A stretch of DNA of 64,000 bases from the NCBI RefSeq assembly GCF_032191835.1, contig NC_083226.1, forward strand, positions 2,418,001-2,482,000, written 5' to 3'. A model generated the notes under the pieces. That model did no database searches and was not told where the DNA came from. It was given only the letters and a program-made list of their open reading frames with translations. This DNA comes from Heteronotia binoei. Lineage: Eukaryota. Of this stretch, positions 9,760 through 22,618 are shown one piece after another. A program made the translations under genes and the position numbers. Every line of letters begins with the position of its first letter. Position 1 is the stretch's first letter.

Positions 9760-12700
9760 ATAATATCCTTTTTGAGGTGCGGCGACCAGAACTGCACACA
9801 GTACTCCAAATGAGACCGCACCATCGATTTATTGGCCTTTTTTATTGCAAATGCACACTATCTTGACATTTTCAGTGAGTTATCTACCACGCCCCCAAGA
9901 TCTCTCTCTTGGTCAGTCTCTGCCAGTTCACACCCAATCAACTTGTATTTGTAGCTGGGATTCTTGGCCCCAGTGTGCATTACTTTGCACTTGGCCACAT
10001 TGAACCGCATCTGCCACGTTGACGCCCACTCACCCAGCCTCAACAGATCTCTTTGGAGTTCCTCACAATCCTCTCTGGTTCTCACCACCCTGAACAATTT
10101 AGTGTCATCCGCAAACTTGGCCACTTCACTGCTCACTCCCAACTCTAAATCATTTATGAACAAGTTAAAGAGCATGGGACTCAGTACCGAGCCCTGCGGC
10201 ACCCCACTGCTTACCGTCCGCCACTGTGAAGACTGCCCATTTATACTCACTCTCTGCTTCCTATTACTCAGCCAGTTTTTGATCCACAAGAGAACCTGTC
10301 CTTTTACTCCATGACTCTCAAGCTTTCTGAGGAGCCTTTGATGAGGAACTTTATCAAAAGCTTTCTGGAAGGCATCTATCGGGGCTCCTTTGTCCACATG
10401 TTTGTTCACCCCCTCAAAGAAATGTAACAGGTTAGTGAGGCAAGATCTTCCCTTACAGAACCCATGCTGAGTCTTCCTCAATAACCCGTGTCCATCAATG
10501 TGCCTACTCATTCTGTCCTTGATAAGGCTTTCTACCAACTTTCCCAGTATTGAAGTCAGACTGACTGGCCTGTAATTTCCCGGATCTCCTCTGGAACCCT
10601 TTTTAAAGATGGGGGTGATATTTCCTACCTTCCAGTCCTCAGGAACGGAGGCAGATTTCAATGAAAGATTACAGATTTTTGTCAAAAGATCCACAAGTTC
10701 AACTTTGAGTTCTTTCAGAACTCTCGGATGTATGCCATCCGGACCCCGTGACTTATTAGTTTTTAATTCATCCATCAGTTGTAGTACCTCCTCTTTTGTC
10801 ACCTCAATTTGACTCAGGTCTTTCAACACCCCTTCCAAAATTAGTGGTTCTGGGGCGGGCAAAAAGTTCTCATCTTCCACAGTGAAGACGGAGGCAAAAA
10901 ATTTGTTCAGCTTCTCAGCCATTTCCCTATCCTCCAGTAATCCTTTTACCCCATGGTCATCCAAGGGCCCCACTGCCTCCCTGGCTGGTTTCCTACTTCT
11001 AATATATTTGAAGAAATTTTTATTGTTGGTCTTTATGTTTTTTGCAATATGCTCCTCATAGTCCCTTTTTGCCTGCCTGATCACAGTCTTGCATTTGATT
11101 TGCCACAGCCTGTGTTCCCTTTTATTAATCTCACTTGGACTGGTTTTCCACCGCTTAAAGGAGTCCTTCTTACCTTTTACAGCTTCCATTACTTTGTTTG
11201 TTAATCATGCAGGCCTTTTCTTATGCCTGGTTGTGCCTTTCCTAACTTGTGGTATGTATTTTATCTGAGCTTCTAGGATTATAGTTTTAAATAGCATCCA
11301 AGCTTCCCCAAGGGTTTTGACCGTATTTATCTTTCCTTTCAGTTTCTTCTTCACATGCCTCCTCATCTCAGTGAATTTACCCCTTTTAAACGTGGTTGTG
11401 GCGGTCTTTTTGGGCAACTCCCTATTTATACAAACGGTGAAATCAATAACATTATGGTCACTGCTCCCAAGTGGTGCAATCACTTTTACATCTCTCACCA
11501 AGTCTTGAGCATTACTTAGGACCAAATCCAGGATCGCCCCACCCCTGGTAGGTTCTGAGGCCATCTGCTCCATAGCACAGTCATTGAGAGAATCAAGAAA
11601 CTCAATCTCTTTCTCTCGACCAGAACACATATTGACCCAATCAATCTGCAGGTAGTTAAAATCACCTATTACGACACAGTTTTTACATTTAGCCGCTATC
11701 TTTTAAGCCTTCCATCATATTATAATCGTCCTCTATCTTTTGATTTGGTGGGCGATAACAAACTCCCATAGTTAAATTTCCTTTTGGGCCCTCTATTTCA
11801 ACCCAAAGCATTTCTAAAAGTGAATCTAATTCTCTGACCTCAAGTCTTACTGGACCGTATATCCTCTCTGACATACAGAGCCACCCCACCTCCAACCCTT
11901 CCCTCCCTATCCTTCCGATATAGCTTATATCCAGGAATCACCGTGTCCCACTAATTCTCCTCATTCCACCAAGTTTCTGAAATTCCCACAATGTCTGTGT
12001 TTTCTCCCAACACTAAACATTCCAATTCACCAATTTTACTTCGAACACTTCTAGCATTTGCATACAAACATCTATAATTTCTCTGGCAAGCTAGGCCCTC
12101 CACCTTCCTCCTGCCGCCTCGAGACTCTGGCAGACAGTCCATACTGTTTGTCACCATCACAGTGGACAACTCTGTCTGTTACCCGGTAGAAAAATAGCAG
12201 CCAACCCTTCATCTCTTTGAGACGAGTCCTCCCAAACCAGAGACATTTCATCTCCTGTCGGCTTTCCCCCAAGATTTAGTTTAAAAACTGCTCTGCCACC
12301 TTTTTGATTTTAAGCGCCAGCAGCCTGGTTCCATCTGGGGAGAAGTGGAGACCGTCTCTTTTATACAGCTCCCGCTTGTTCCAGAAAGCATCCTATTGCC
12401 TAAGAAACTTAAACCCTTTCTCCTTACACCATCGTCTCATCCACACATTGAGACTTCTAATTTGTGGCTGTCTCTCCTGGCCTGCACATGGAACAGGTAG
12501 CACTTCTGAGAAGGCTACCTTGGATGTCCTGGCCTTAAGTCTCCCGCCTAGCAGCCTAAATTTTTCCTCCAGGACCTCACGACTGCATTTCCCCACATCG
12601 TTGGTGCTAATATGCACCACGACCACAGGCTCCTCCCCAGCACTGTCTATCAGCTTATCTACTAGACGTGTAATGTCCGCTACCTTTGTACCAGGCTGGC

Positions 12701-12953
12701 AAGTCACCATACGGTCAGTATGCGGTTTCGCCACCCAGCTGTCTACTTGCCTAAGGATCGGATCACCAACTACCAAGCACCCCCCGCCCCCCGCCCAGGG
12801 ATGGTTCCTTGGCGCGAAAGGATTCCCGCTCACCAACCAAAGAAGAGGTCCCTACTGAGGGCGCATTCCCCTTATCCTCAGCATGGTGCCCTGTTCCCTC
12901 TCGATCCTCATGCTCTCTGGCAGCAACAGGGCTCCTACGTTCAGAGTGGGGCT
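9760..12953 (-). mobile_element. CR1 LINE copy A, 5' segment (ORF1 esterase and ORF2 EN-RT pseudogenes)
   Basis: RT YRPVSLTSILGKLVES, AFQKAFDKVPH, SGVPQGSVLSP, KFADDTKL; EN CLYANARSV...IVGISETWW; ORF1 SGNH-esterase LVVGDPILRQVD...VVHISTNDV; frameshifted. Confidence 0.93.
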
Positions 12954-13484
12954 CATCTTGCTGTTCGTTTAAGTGGCTCCCTTTCTGGAGGGTCAACTTA
13001 CCTTATTGGGAGAAGAAGGAAATCAGGAATGTGGGTTCCTGGTCCTTAGGGAGCCCCTAGGCGAAGAGCCACAGTCCAAGAGCCCTTTAGCCCTTTGGCA
13101 AGGCGCAGCTTAAAATGCAAAGAGGGTGGAGTAGAGGCACTCCTAAGCAATCAGCAGCAATCACTCTCAATCACTCTCAATCTCTTTCACCTTTAGCCCA
13201 CTCAACCAAACAAAGAGCAAACCAAGACTAAACAAAGAGCAGTTTCCTAGCTATCACAACTCAGAATTTTAGGCAGCCCCACAAACCTCAGAATGAAGTC
13301 TTTCAAAACTCAGAAATTCTCAGCAACTTCTCCAGCTGTCTCAGCTATCAGAGCTGCTCTGCTCTGTTCTGCTCCTCCTCTCAGACCTCTGTGAGATGTG
13401 CTCAGGCTTTGGAATATAAGCTTCTGGAATATAATGGAGTGGTAGCTTTTCCCATTTCCATGAGTGTGGAATTTCACATGGGAT

Positions 13485-13632
13485 TTAGGCCCTGATTTAG
13501 CACTTTGAACAGGAGACCACCGAGGAAGGCCAGGGTAGATATGCAGCAGGCAGTGGCAAACCACCTCTGAAAGTCTCTGGCCTTGAAAACCTGACAGGCT
13601 CGCCTGTGAGTTGACGGCACTTTCTACCACCA
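13485..13632 (+). mobile_element. Truncated 5S-Sauria-like SINE
   Basis: GGCAGTGGCAAACCACCTCTG...GCCTTGAAAACC...TTGACGGCAC body and tail similar to 645-830. Confidence 0.45.
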
Positions 13633-13874
13633 CAAAAAGAGCAGGGAGTGTGGAGAGACTAAAAAGCAGTTTTATAGCCCTGCTGGAAGATCTGTGTTCA
13701 GCCAACGCAAAAATTTCACAACAGCACACATCTTATCACTGCACAATAGAGTGTGAGCTGGTTTGGTGAACCAACCCAGGAGGTCATGTTGACACAACTG
13801 ACATACCAGTGCTGTGTCATGCCCAGCCACCATCTGCAGATATTTTATTGTGCTGCTGCCCTGGCCTGCTAAGG

Positions 13875-14366
13875 CAAGGGTCCCCAAATCCTGGGCCGTG
13901 GACCGGTCCTGGTCCGTGGCCTGTTAGCAACCGGGCTGTGAGTTGTATAATGATTTCATTACATATTACAATGTAGTAGTAGTAGTAATAATAAGATGAT
14001 GTTGATGATTTTGGATTTATATCCCACTCTCCACTCTGAATCTCAGAGTCTCAGAGTGGTTCACAATCTCCTTTCCCTTCCTCCCCCACAGCAGACACCC
14101 TGTGAGGTAGGTGGGGCTGAGAGAGCCCTCCCAGAAGCTGCCCTTTCAAGGACAACTCTGTGAGAACTATGGCTGACCCAGGGCCATTCCAGCAGCTGCA
14201 AGTGGAGGAGTGAAGAACACACACTTAACCATTACACCAAACTAATAGAAATAAAGTGCACAATTGTATCATTGCAAAACCATCGCGCCCCACCCCCCTC
14301 TGGGTCCGTGGAGAAATTGTCTTCCACAAAACCAGTCCCTGGTACCAAAAAGGTTGGGGACCGCTG
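13875..14366. mobile_element. hAT MITE (GGTCCCCAA TIR type) interrupted by a SINE
   Basis: Termini CAAGGGTCCCCAAA / AGGTTGGGGACCGCTG; related to 27133-27360; no clear TSD. Confidence 0.6.
13995..14243 (-). mobile_element. Squam3-type SINE
   Basis: Same body as 3951-4229, with a small internal deletion. Confidence 0.8.
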
Positions 14367-14744
14367 TACATGTGGAGGGATGGAAACAGATTGTGGGAGG
14401 AAGGGAAGCCGCATCCCCTGGTCACCTTCCCAAGGGCATGCTAAGCATTCAGGCATCTGTGTTGGTGCAGATGATGGTGCAGAAGAGCACGAAAGTGATT
14501 AGTACTGATGATGCCCAGTTATACAGAGAGAGAGAGATTCTCCTCACAAGAGACCATCCTGGTATACACTACTCTCAAAACAGTGTCTTTGCAGTGCAGT
14601 GTGTTAAGGCTGGGAGGTGGGCAGCCGTTGCCATCTATGATAAATGGCTACCTGTCACACAGCAGCTGTTTGCCATAACCGGTGCACAGGCGGCGTGATC
14701 TGAATGCGTTGCTCTGTGTATCCTGATGTTTAAGAGGCCTCTGA

Positions 14745-14951
<207 letters not shown>

Positions 14952-15174
14952 TGACGTGTGGGTGTCCAAGGGGCACCAGACATGTGGCAAAAGTGGGGAA
15001 CATTGTAAGAGGAATGAAATCTGGTTCCCGTGGTCCACCATGCCTGCAAAAATGTGCCCAAAGCATGGCACAACTTGGGGGTGGAATGGGAGCAACTCAG
15101 GAAGTTTTGTGGAAGAAAATTCACTCTGTGTCATATTCACATTTCATATTTTTAAGGAAATGGTTTGAAAGAAT

Positions 15175-15765
15175 GCCCAGATTATAGAAAGTGCAGTTTG
15201 GTTCTGGCGTTCAAAGCCTTACACGGCCTGGGACCGACATGCTTGAGGGACCGCCTTTCCCCATATACACCTCACAGGGTGTTGCGGTCTGTGACGCAGC
15301 ATCTCCTGACCACCCCTGGCCCGAGGGACCTCTGTCTTGCCTCAACCAGGGCTGGGGCTTTTTCGGCCTGGTGGAATCAGCTCATTATGGAGATCTGGGC
15401 CTTACCTGAGCTGCTGCCATTTCATAGGGCCTGTAAGACGGAGCTGTTCCGCCGGGCTTTTGGTTGAGGCAGCAGACGTCCTACTCCACGAACCATTCCA
15501 TCTATCGGCCTCCCTTGTTGGGACATCATGCTTTACAGCCTTGTTGTGGCGCTGAATCTGATTATTAATACCATCACTTCTTCATTCTCTGAAATGTGCC
15601 CTTTCCGCCGGTGAGGCACCTTATTTCGTTTTATCGTTCTACTGTTTTGGTTTTATTGTATTGTTTTAAATTTGAATTGTAGGTTTTTATTGTCCAATTT
15701 ATGTTTTGATCTGCCCTGAGCCTGTTATGGGAAAGGGTGGAATAGAAGCCTACTAAATAAATAAA
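15175..15765 (+). mobile_element. L2 LINE 3' end
   Basis: LAFKALHGLGPTCLRDRLSPY...RAGAFS...FHRACKTELFRRAF; tail GCCCTGAG...GAAAGGG...AAATAAATAAA. Confidence 0.8.
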
Positions 15766-16851
15766 CTGTTAGCATGATTATGCACTGTAAACAGTTCCAC
15801 ACACACTTTTAAATTGCTGTTTATTCCATAGCATGTTTTAGAAACAACAGTTTTGAGTAGCTTCTTGAAAATATTGTATTGGTTGTTGATAATTACATGA
15901 CCTTCCTTTGTGTAACCCCAATGAGGAGGGAGGGTGCGTGGAATTAGTTCTGAGGATATTTGCGCCCTCATTCAAGAGGCACAGAAACCAGTCCACATAT
16001 TTATGTAGATTACATTCTGGTGCACTGTAAATGGCAGATATTCCCTCTTGTGTGTGTGTGTGTGTGTGTGCTTGCTCTGTTTGCTGTGATGTTGATAAGC
16101 CTGGTGTCAATTAGCAAATACAGAAAGCATCTATGACAGATTAAAACACGTAATGTGTGCATAATGTATGGATCCTGCGTGACAGCTGCTGCCATCCTGT
16201 TACCTGAGCTATGTGGGAACAGCTGGTGAGAAGTGTAAAAAATTGATTATCCAGGAGGAACAGATTCATTTTTTATAAAAGTTATTTCCTTCGGTGTGCG
16301 ATGATGCCTCCCACAGCCTGCTTGGCATGCGCTGCTGTAGATTTTACACGGTTGGCATCGATCCTCGTGCGCGGCCAAAGCTGGAGCCATTTGTGACTGC
16401 CAAATAAATCCCTTGCAAAGGTTGTACAAAGCAGAGGGCTCACAGTGCTCCTGCCACATGCTGGAGAACCCTTTTCGAGAATGAAGAATGAACGTTCGTT
16501 TTTAATTTATGCTTTAAAAATAAAAAGGCTATGTTTTCCTTCCAAAATAATTATACCTTGGTCTGTTCTAAATTGCACACTTGGGGATAAATGCAGTGAG
16601 CTAAACATTGCAGGGAGGCCTTAAGAATATTATTAGATAACGAAGGGTGGAAACCAAGGGTGGGAAAGGCTGCGTGACAGAAACGCTGCTGGAATTCTTT
16701 ATATGGCCATGCCTCTGTACAATCATGGCTGGTGCGAACTCATCTTTGTTGAGGCTGTTGTGTGCCTGGCTGTGTACGGGAGTTTGACAGTGTGAGCCAG
16801 TCCTTCATGTCCCCATCTTCTTGTGGTGATTCTAGAACTTGTGTCTTTTCT

Positions 16852-17136
16852 GAGAGCCAGTTTGGTGTAGTGGCTAAGTGTGCGGACTCTTATCTGGGAG
16901 AACCGGGTTTAATTCCCAACTTCTCCACTTGCAGCTGCTGGAATGGCCTTGGGTCAGCCACAGCTCTTGTAGGAGTTGTCCTTGAAAGCGCAGCTGCTGT
17001 GAGAGCCCTCTCAGCCCCACCCACCTCACAAGGTGTCTGTTGTGGGGAGGAAGATAAGGAGATTGAGAGCCGCTCGGAGACTCTGAGATTCAGAGTGGAG
17101 GGCAGGCTATAAATCCAATATCGTCATCGTCATCTT
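16852..17136 (+). mobile_element. Squam3-type SINE, full length
   Basis: GAGAGCCAGTTTGGTGTAGTGG head through ATAAATCCAATATC tail. Confidence 0.85.
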
Positions 17137-17489
17137 ATTTTCAATCTTCAGCCCGACTCCCCCTACAGTTGTGAAAAGGAAGACAAGTATCAGCTGGGCC
17201 CTGGTGTTCACTACCAAATGCGAAGCATCTCCTGAGAATTAAGCTTTCTCACCTCCTGTTTCTTTGAATGCCTAAGTTGTTTTTCTAAGCAGAGATACCA
17301 TAGCAGTAGTATAGTAGTAATAATAATAAGAGTTATAGAACTGTCAAAAATATAAGCTGAAGATTGAGGGATAAGTAATACACCAAAACATGTCTTCTTT
17401 TTACCTGGGTGGGTGATGTTATTCTGCTTCACAAAAAAGTGGTAAGTTAGGAGAGTAAACAAAATGTCTTTCATGGTGTTGCTTTTCTA

Positions 17490-18211
17490 GAAGATAGGAG
17501 AAGGAGATACTGGATTTCTATCCTTTCAAGGACAGCTCTGTGAGAGCTATGGCTGACCCAAGGCCATTCCAGCAGCTGCAAGTGGAGGAGTGGAGAATCA
17601 AACCCGGTTCTCCCAGATAAGAGAGCTCTGGCTGACCCAAGGCCATTCCAGCAGCTGCAAGTGGAGGAGTGGGGAATCAAACCTGGTTCTCCCAGATAAG
17701 AGAACTCTGGCTGACCCAAGGCCATTCCAGCAGGTGCAAGTGGAGGAGTGGGGAATCCAACCCGGTTCTCCCAGATAAGAGAGCTCTGGCTGACCCAAGG
17801 CCATTCCAGCAGGTGCAAGTGGAGGAGGGGGGAATCAAACCCGGTTCTCCCAGATAAGAGAGCTCTGGCTGACCCAAGGCCATTCCAGCAGGTGCAAGTG
17901 GAGGAGTGGGGAATCAAACCCGGTTCTCCCAGATAAGAGAGCTCTGGCTGATCCAAGGCCATTCCAGCTGCTGCAAGTGGAGGAGTGGGGAATCAAACCC
18001 GGTTCTCCCAGATAAGAGAGCTCTGGCTGACCCAAGGCCATTCCAGCTGCTGCAAGTGGAGGAGTGGGGAATCAAACCCAGTTCTCCCAGAGAAGAGAGC
18101 TCTGGCTGACCCAAGGCCATTCCAGCAGCTGCAAGTGGAGGGGTGGGGAATCAAACCTGGTTTTCCCAGTTAAGAGTCCGTGCACTTAACCACTACACCA
18201 AACTGGCTCTC
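17490..18211 (-). repeat. Squam3 SINE containing 8 tandem copies of a 79-bp internal unit
   Basis: GGCTGACCCA/GGCTGATCCA starts at 17551, 17630, 17709, 17788, 17867, 17946, 18025 and 18104 (period 79); SINE head at 18170-18211, truncated tail at 17490-17520. Confidence 0.92.
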
Positions 18212-18859
18212 AAACATACTCAACAAAATGTTCTTGCTGTAATGCAGTTGCCCGAGGATTATGACCACTGAAGACAGTGTGATATTGTATACTGAGATGT
18301 GGCAGTATGTTCCTCTTCCACCAGAGATTCTCCAATACACAGAGAATGCCTACTGAGCCCCCCCACCTTGTGAACTTTGCCAGTGTTTACATGATTGCAA
18401 ACATGCCTGGGTTGTTTGAAATGATTTGATTTTACTTTTTCTGAAATTATCGCTCTGCACTAATGGCATAAACGTGCTCTGTGCGATCAAAACCACATGA
18501 CAGAGGACTTGTGGCTGAAATTACGCACAGCACTGAAGAACCATTTCAGGATTCTTCAACAAGGACAGAAGTTGCCAACATCAAGCTGCTTTACTGGTTC
18601 GCTTGAATGTTCAGCTCCCCCTATTCTGTGTACATTTCTGTTCCCACCATGGTCATAATATCAGTGATTAAAGCATGTGGGGAATATATGAGGCCAAATT
18701 AATTATTTTTTTAAAAAAATTAAAGTGCTTAACCAGCTGATGGAAATGGAAGCATCAAAGATAATTAAGAAAGTAAGTTCAGTTTATAAACTGCTATAGT
18801 TCAGAAATTGCAACATTCATATTCATCTGACTTTGCCTCTCTCCTCAGCCTATTTATTG

Positions 18860-19080
18860 GAGAGCCAGTGTGGTGTAGTGGTTATGTGCGCAGACTTATC
18901 TGGGAGAACTGGGTCTGATTCCCCACTCCTCCACTTGCAGCTGTTGGAATGGCCTTGGGTCAGCCAGAGCTCTCACAGGAGTTGTCCTTGAAAGAGCAGC
19001 AGCTGTGAGAACCTTCTCAGCCGGGGGGGGGGGGGGGAGGTAAAGGCGATTGTGAGCTGCTCTGAGATTCTGAGTGGAGG
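18860..19080 (+). mobile_element. Squam3-type SINE running into the assembly gap
   Basis: Head and body match the other copies; contains a poly-G run. Confidence 0.8.
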
Positions 19081-19222
19081 NNNNNNNNNNNNNNNNNNNN
19101 NNNNNNNNNNNNNNNNNNNNNNNNNNNNNNNNNNNNNNNNNNNNNNNNNNNNNNNNNNNNNNNNNNNNNNNNNNNNNNNNNNNNNNNNNNNNNNNNNNNN
19201 NNNNNNNNNNNNNNNNNNNNNN
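19081..19222. other. Assembly gap (142 N)
   Basis: Run of n characters. Confidence 0.99.
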
Positions 19223-20094
19223 ATACTGATCCAAACAGCCCCAAACATGGGAGCTACTTACCAAATGGTAATCTGTTAAAAGCATAGCAGAACGAGACAG
19301 ACTAGGTGGGGCCAGAGCTGAGCCCGACACAGACCAGGTGATGGGGGTTTCTGGGTGCAAGTAGATATTGCGGGCTCCTCCCCTCCAGTGGTAGCAGGGC
19401 CAATGGCCAGTGGTTCAGGCCTACCCAGCGATTGGCCAAGAGTGTGGCCATGGAATGTCAATCTGTAGTGATTGCTTCGCTCAGAGGTGGACAAGTCCCA
19501 ACTCCATGGCTCCTAGAAATTTCATCCTGGCACCTTGTACTTTCACCAGTCATTTATTGTTAGTGCCTCTTGGGGATTCACAGTAGAAGTACGAAGCTTA
19601 CGTAGGTAGGGGACAATGTTGTGATGACAGCTGGGGTTACCCTGTGTTTCTTATTTAGTATAACACTTTTGTTGCAGCTTTTAAAAATTACAAGAAACCA
19701 GGGAGAGTTTAGGATTAAGTTTTGTGGTAGCAATAATGAGAAAGTATGGTGGTGGAAATATGAAAACCTGAAGGATTTAAAGTCAGTCTGGCTCCTAAAT
19801 TCTTGGGGAGACTCCTAGAGCCAAATTAAATTTGTTAAGTCCTGGTTTAGCTTTTCATTTCCATTGTGTTGAAATTATATCCTGGGTGGAAAAATATAGC
19901 AAACATGGTATTATTTACTTACTGAAAATAGTTTTCTGTTGCCTTTCTACCCAGTCAGTGTCCACAAGATGGAAAACATAAAAACATTTAAGCTATTAGA
20001 AAAAAAATAATTCAATGAAAACACATAAACAATGCTAGAAGGAGGGCTAGTAGCCATTACTGGAGGTATGCCAGAGGAAATAAAAAGTCTTCAC

Positions 20095-20344
20095 TTGCCG
20101 CTGAAAGGCTCCCTGGAGCAGGACTTCCAGAGTTTTGGTGCCACAACAGAGAAGTCCCTTTCTTGGCTTGCCACCCATCTGTTTTCAGATGGCAAGTGCA
20201 ACCAAAGCGGAGGCTCTGAGGATAGCCAGAGTGTACAGGTATGGGAGAAGCTGTGGGAGAAGCTGATTCTTAATGTATGTTGGTCCCAGGCCCAATGCCT
20301 TGAATTCAGCCTAGAAGCAAATTGGAAGCCAGTGGATTGGAGGG
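20095..20344 (-). mobile_element. Degraded L2-like fragment
   Basis: Resembles the L2 ORF2 3' region on the minus strand. Confidence 0.35.
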
Positions 20345-20645
20345 GCTACTCCATTGACAATAAATTGGGAGGAATAGTGAACACCCCAGAAGCTAGAGAT
20401 AGAAATTCAACAAGATCTGAATACTCTGGAAAAATGGATGAATATGAACAAGATGCAATTCTACAAGGACAAGTGCACAGTTCTGCATCTGAGTGACAAA
20501 AATAAGAAGCATACATATTGGATGGGGGACACACTTCTGGGTAGCAGTGTATGTGAACGACATCCTGGGGTACAGTCGGACTGTAAGCTAATGTGCTGTT
20601 GGGGTGTATTCACAGAGGCATAGCATTCAGATCACAAGATGTCAT
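20345..20645 (+). mobile_element. Old CR1 RT fragment
   Basis: DNKLGGIVNT..., MQFYKDKCTVLHL...YWMGDTLLGSSVCE resemble CR1 RT. Confidence 0.65.
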
Positions 20646-22026
20646 AGTGAGGCCCAAATGGGGGTTCTCAGCTGGCCAAAATCAAATCACCCCGTTGTAT
20701 TGAAGTTGTTCTCTGTGGTGCCTGCCAGAGGTTGCTGAACTTTTAAATATCCATTAGTTGATGACTCAGTGGCCAGCCTGTGTTCTAATTCAGAAGTCAA
20801 GCCCCTTCCCCCTTACAGGAATTGCAAAAGAAGCAGCAACCCTGCCCTGCCAATATGGAGGAGCCTTCCCAAGAACCACCAAGAAGAAACATTCAGTGTG
20901 AGATCCATCTGTTCCATACAATCCCTGTAATATGGCTAAAAACAGAGGTGGTGGTCAGCCTTTCCTCACAGATTGTCCATTATGAGTGAAGTTTGGAAAA
21001 TGTTATGGGTGGGCAGGGCGATGCCCTTCCTCCCTTGGCCTTTCTGACTCCACCTACTACAGGTTTTCACATCCTAGATTTACAGATTGCAACTATTTAG
21101 AGACCGATAGATGAATTTATTTTATGAGCACTCTATAAAGCTATTTAATTTCATTTTAGTGTTACAATATTGCTTAAGGTATTTAATTGCCCAAATCTTT
21201 AATAGTTAGCATTTTGGGATTGTTTTTTCCGGACTGAAATTTACTCTGCATTCTTGCGACATTAGTAGTTTGTGCGTTAGGGGGTGGTCTCAAATGTATC
21301 TGTTTCAGAACTAGGGCTGGATTGAGCCTCGGTTGCCTGCCTATGCTCAACATCTGCTATTTCAATTTCTATAGTAATTAGACTTTATAGCTGAAACTTT
21401 GCTTCTGTTTCCCAGGAGGCTTCGGGGGATGTGACCTTCCTGGTACAGATAATGCTATACATGTCTTGTGCCTCACGTGACTTTTGGCTTTTAGAACGTT
21501 TATATACTTTCAAATTCTAAGTAGTGAATCAGAACCTAGTTTCCCAGACTCTCTGAGTCACCCTAACTCTTCCTGAGTTTCCTTGACCTTCTTGACTCAG
21601 AGAGAGAAAGAGTTGAGCTCTGTTGTGTACATCAATATATGTCAGATGCTCGTCACAAGAGTTGATTGGCAATTAGTTACATTAGCTCCTATGGTTGGAA
21701 AAAGGTATTTAACCTGGGGATTTATTGTAATTCCTTGTTGTTCTGGCCAACCACCCATTTTCTCTGGGTCTTGAGCACATCCAAGGATATCCTTTGTAAA
21801 ACTTCGGTGCACAAGGTTTAAACATTCAATTATAAATGAATGTTGTATGCTAAATGGATTTACATTTGGGATTGAAGTTAAATAAGAGAGGTTTTTTAGA
21901 ACAACTGTATCTCTTCTTGATGCAGTTGGAGTAGCATCTTCTCTCCCTCCTCAAATGAAGACAGTGGGGACGAAAGTGCATGAAAAGGTTCCGCCACTCT
22001 CCATTTCTCCAGTGTATGCCTTAGCA

Positions 22027-22618
22027 CAGGGATGTCGAACTCATTTGTTATGAGGTCTGGATCTGACATAAATGAGACCGTGTTGGGCTAGGCCATGTAT
22101 GTATCTATTTAAGATTAGGTAGCAGAGATATAAATTTTATAAAGGACATAGACAAAAATAATTAAATATATATTTTTAAAAACTTAAAATGTTCTTAAAA
22201 CGTTAGCACTCATTGATCTTAAAGGTGCTTTCTTTGTATTTCTCCCATGGGATTTAGGGAACTGAACAAAGGAAGCTGTGGCTGTTTCCTTCCTTCTCCA
22301 GGGGGCTGGGGGAGGGGAGAGGAGAGGAGCCTCAGCCAATAGAAGGAAGAGAGGCTTGGCTCAGTAGTTCTGTTGTGTGATTGAGATAGCCTGGAAAAAC
22401 TAGCTCTGCCTCTCCCCCTTCCTCTCCAAGGGAGGAGCCTCAGCCAATGGAGAAAATAGAGGTTTTGCTTTGTAGCTCCTGTGCAATTGAGCAAGCCTTG
22501 CAAAGCAGACTGTTATACAGAAAGAAGCAAGATATAGGGAGAAGGAAGCAGATGACAGCCAGTTAGGAGCCCTCCAGGAGCCTAATTCAGCCCCCGGACT
22601 GCATGTTTGACACCCCTG
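22027..22618 (+). mobile_element. hAT MITE (CAGGGGTGTCAAAC family), full length
   Basis: TIRs CAGGGATGTCGAAC / GTTTGACACCCCTG; perfect 8-bp TSD CCTTAGCA. Confidence 0.9.

Noticed and set aside
16852-16925. tRNA genes at SINE heads (also 41408 and others)
   Set aside because: A/B-box-like heads run straight into SINE bodies; I could not form a complete cloverleaf.
17551-18182. 79-bp array as a CRISPR array or a repeat protein
   Set aside because: Units are contiguous with no unique spacers, derive from a SINE, and 79 is not a multiple of 3; the repeated ORFs are artefacts.
19081-19222. ORFs spanning the N run
   Set aside because: Assembly gap; the translations are meaningless.
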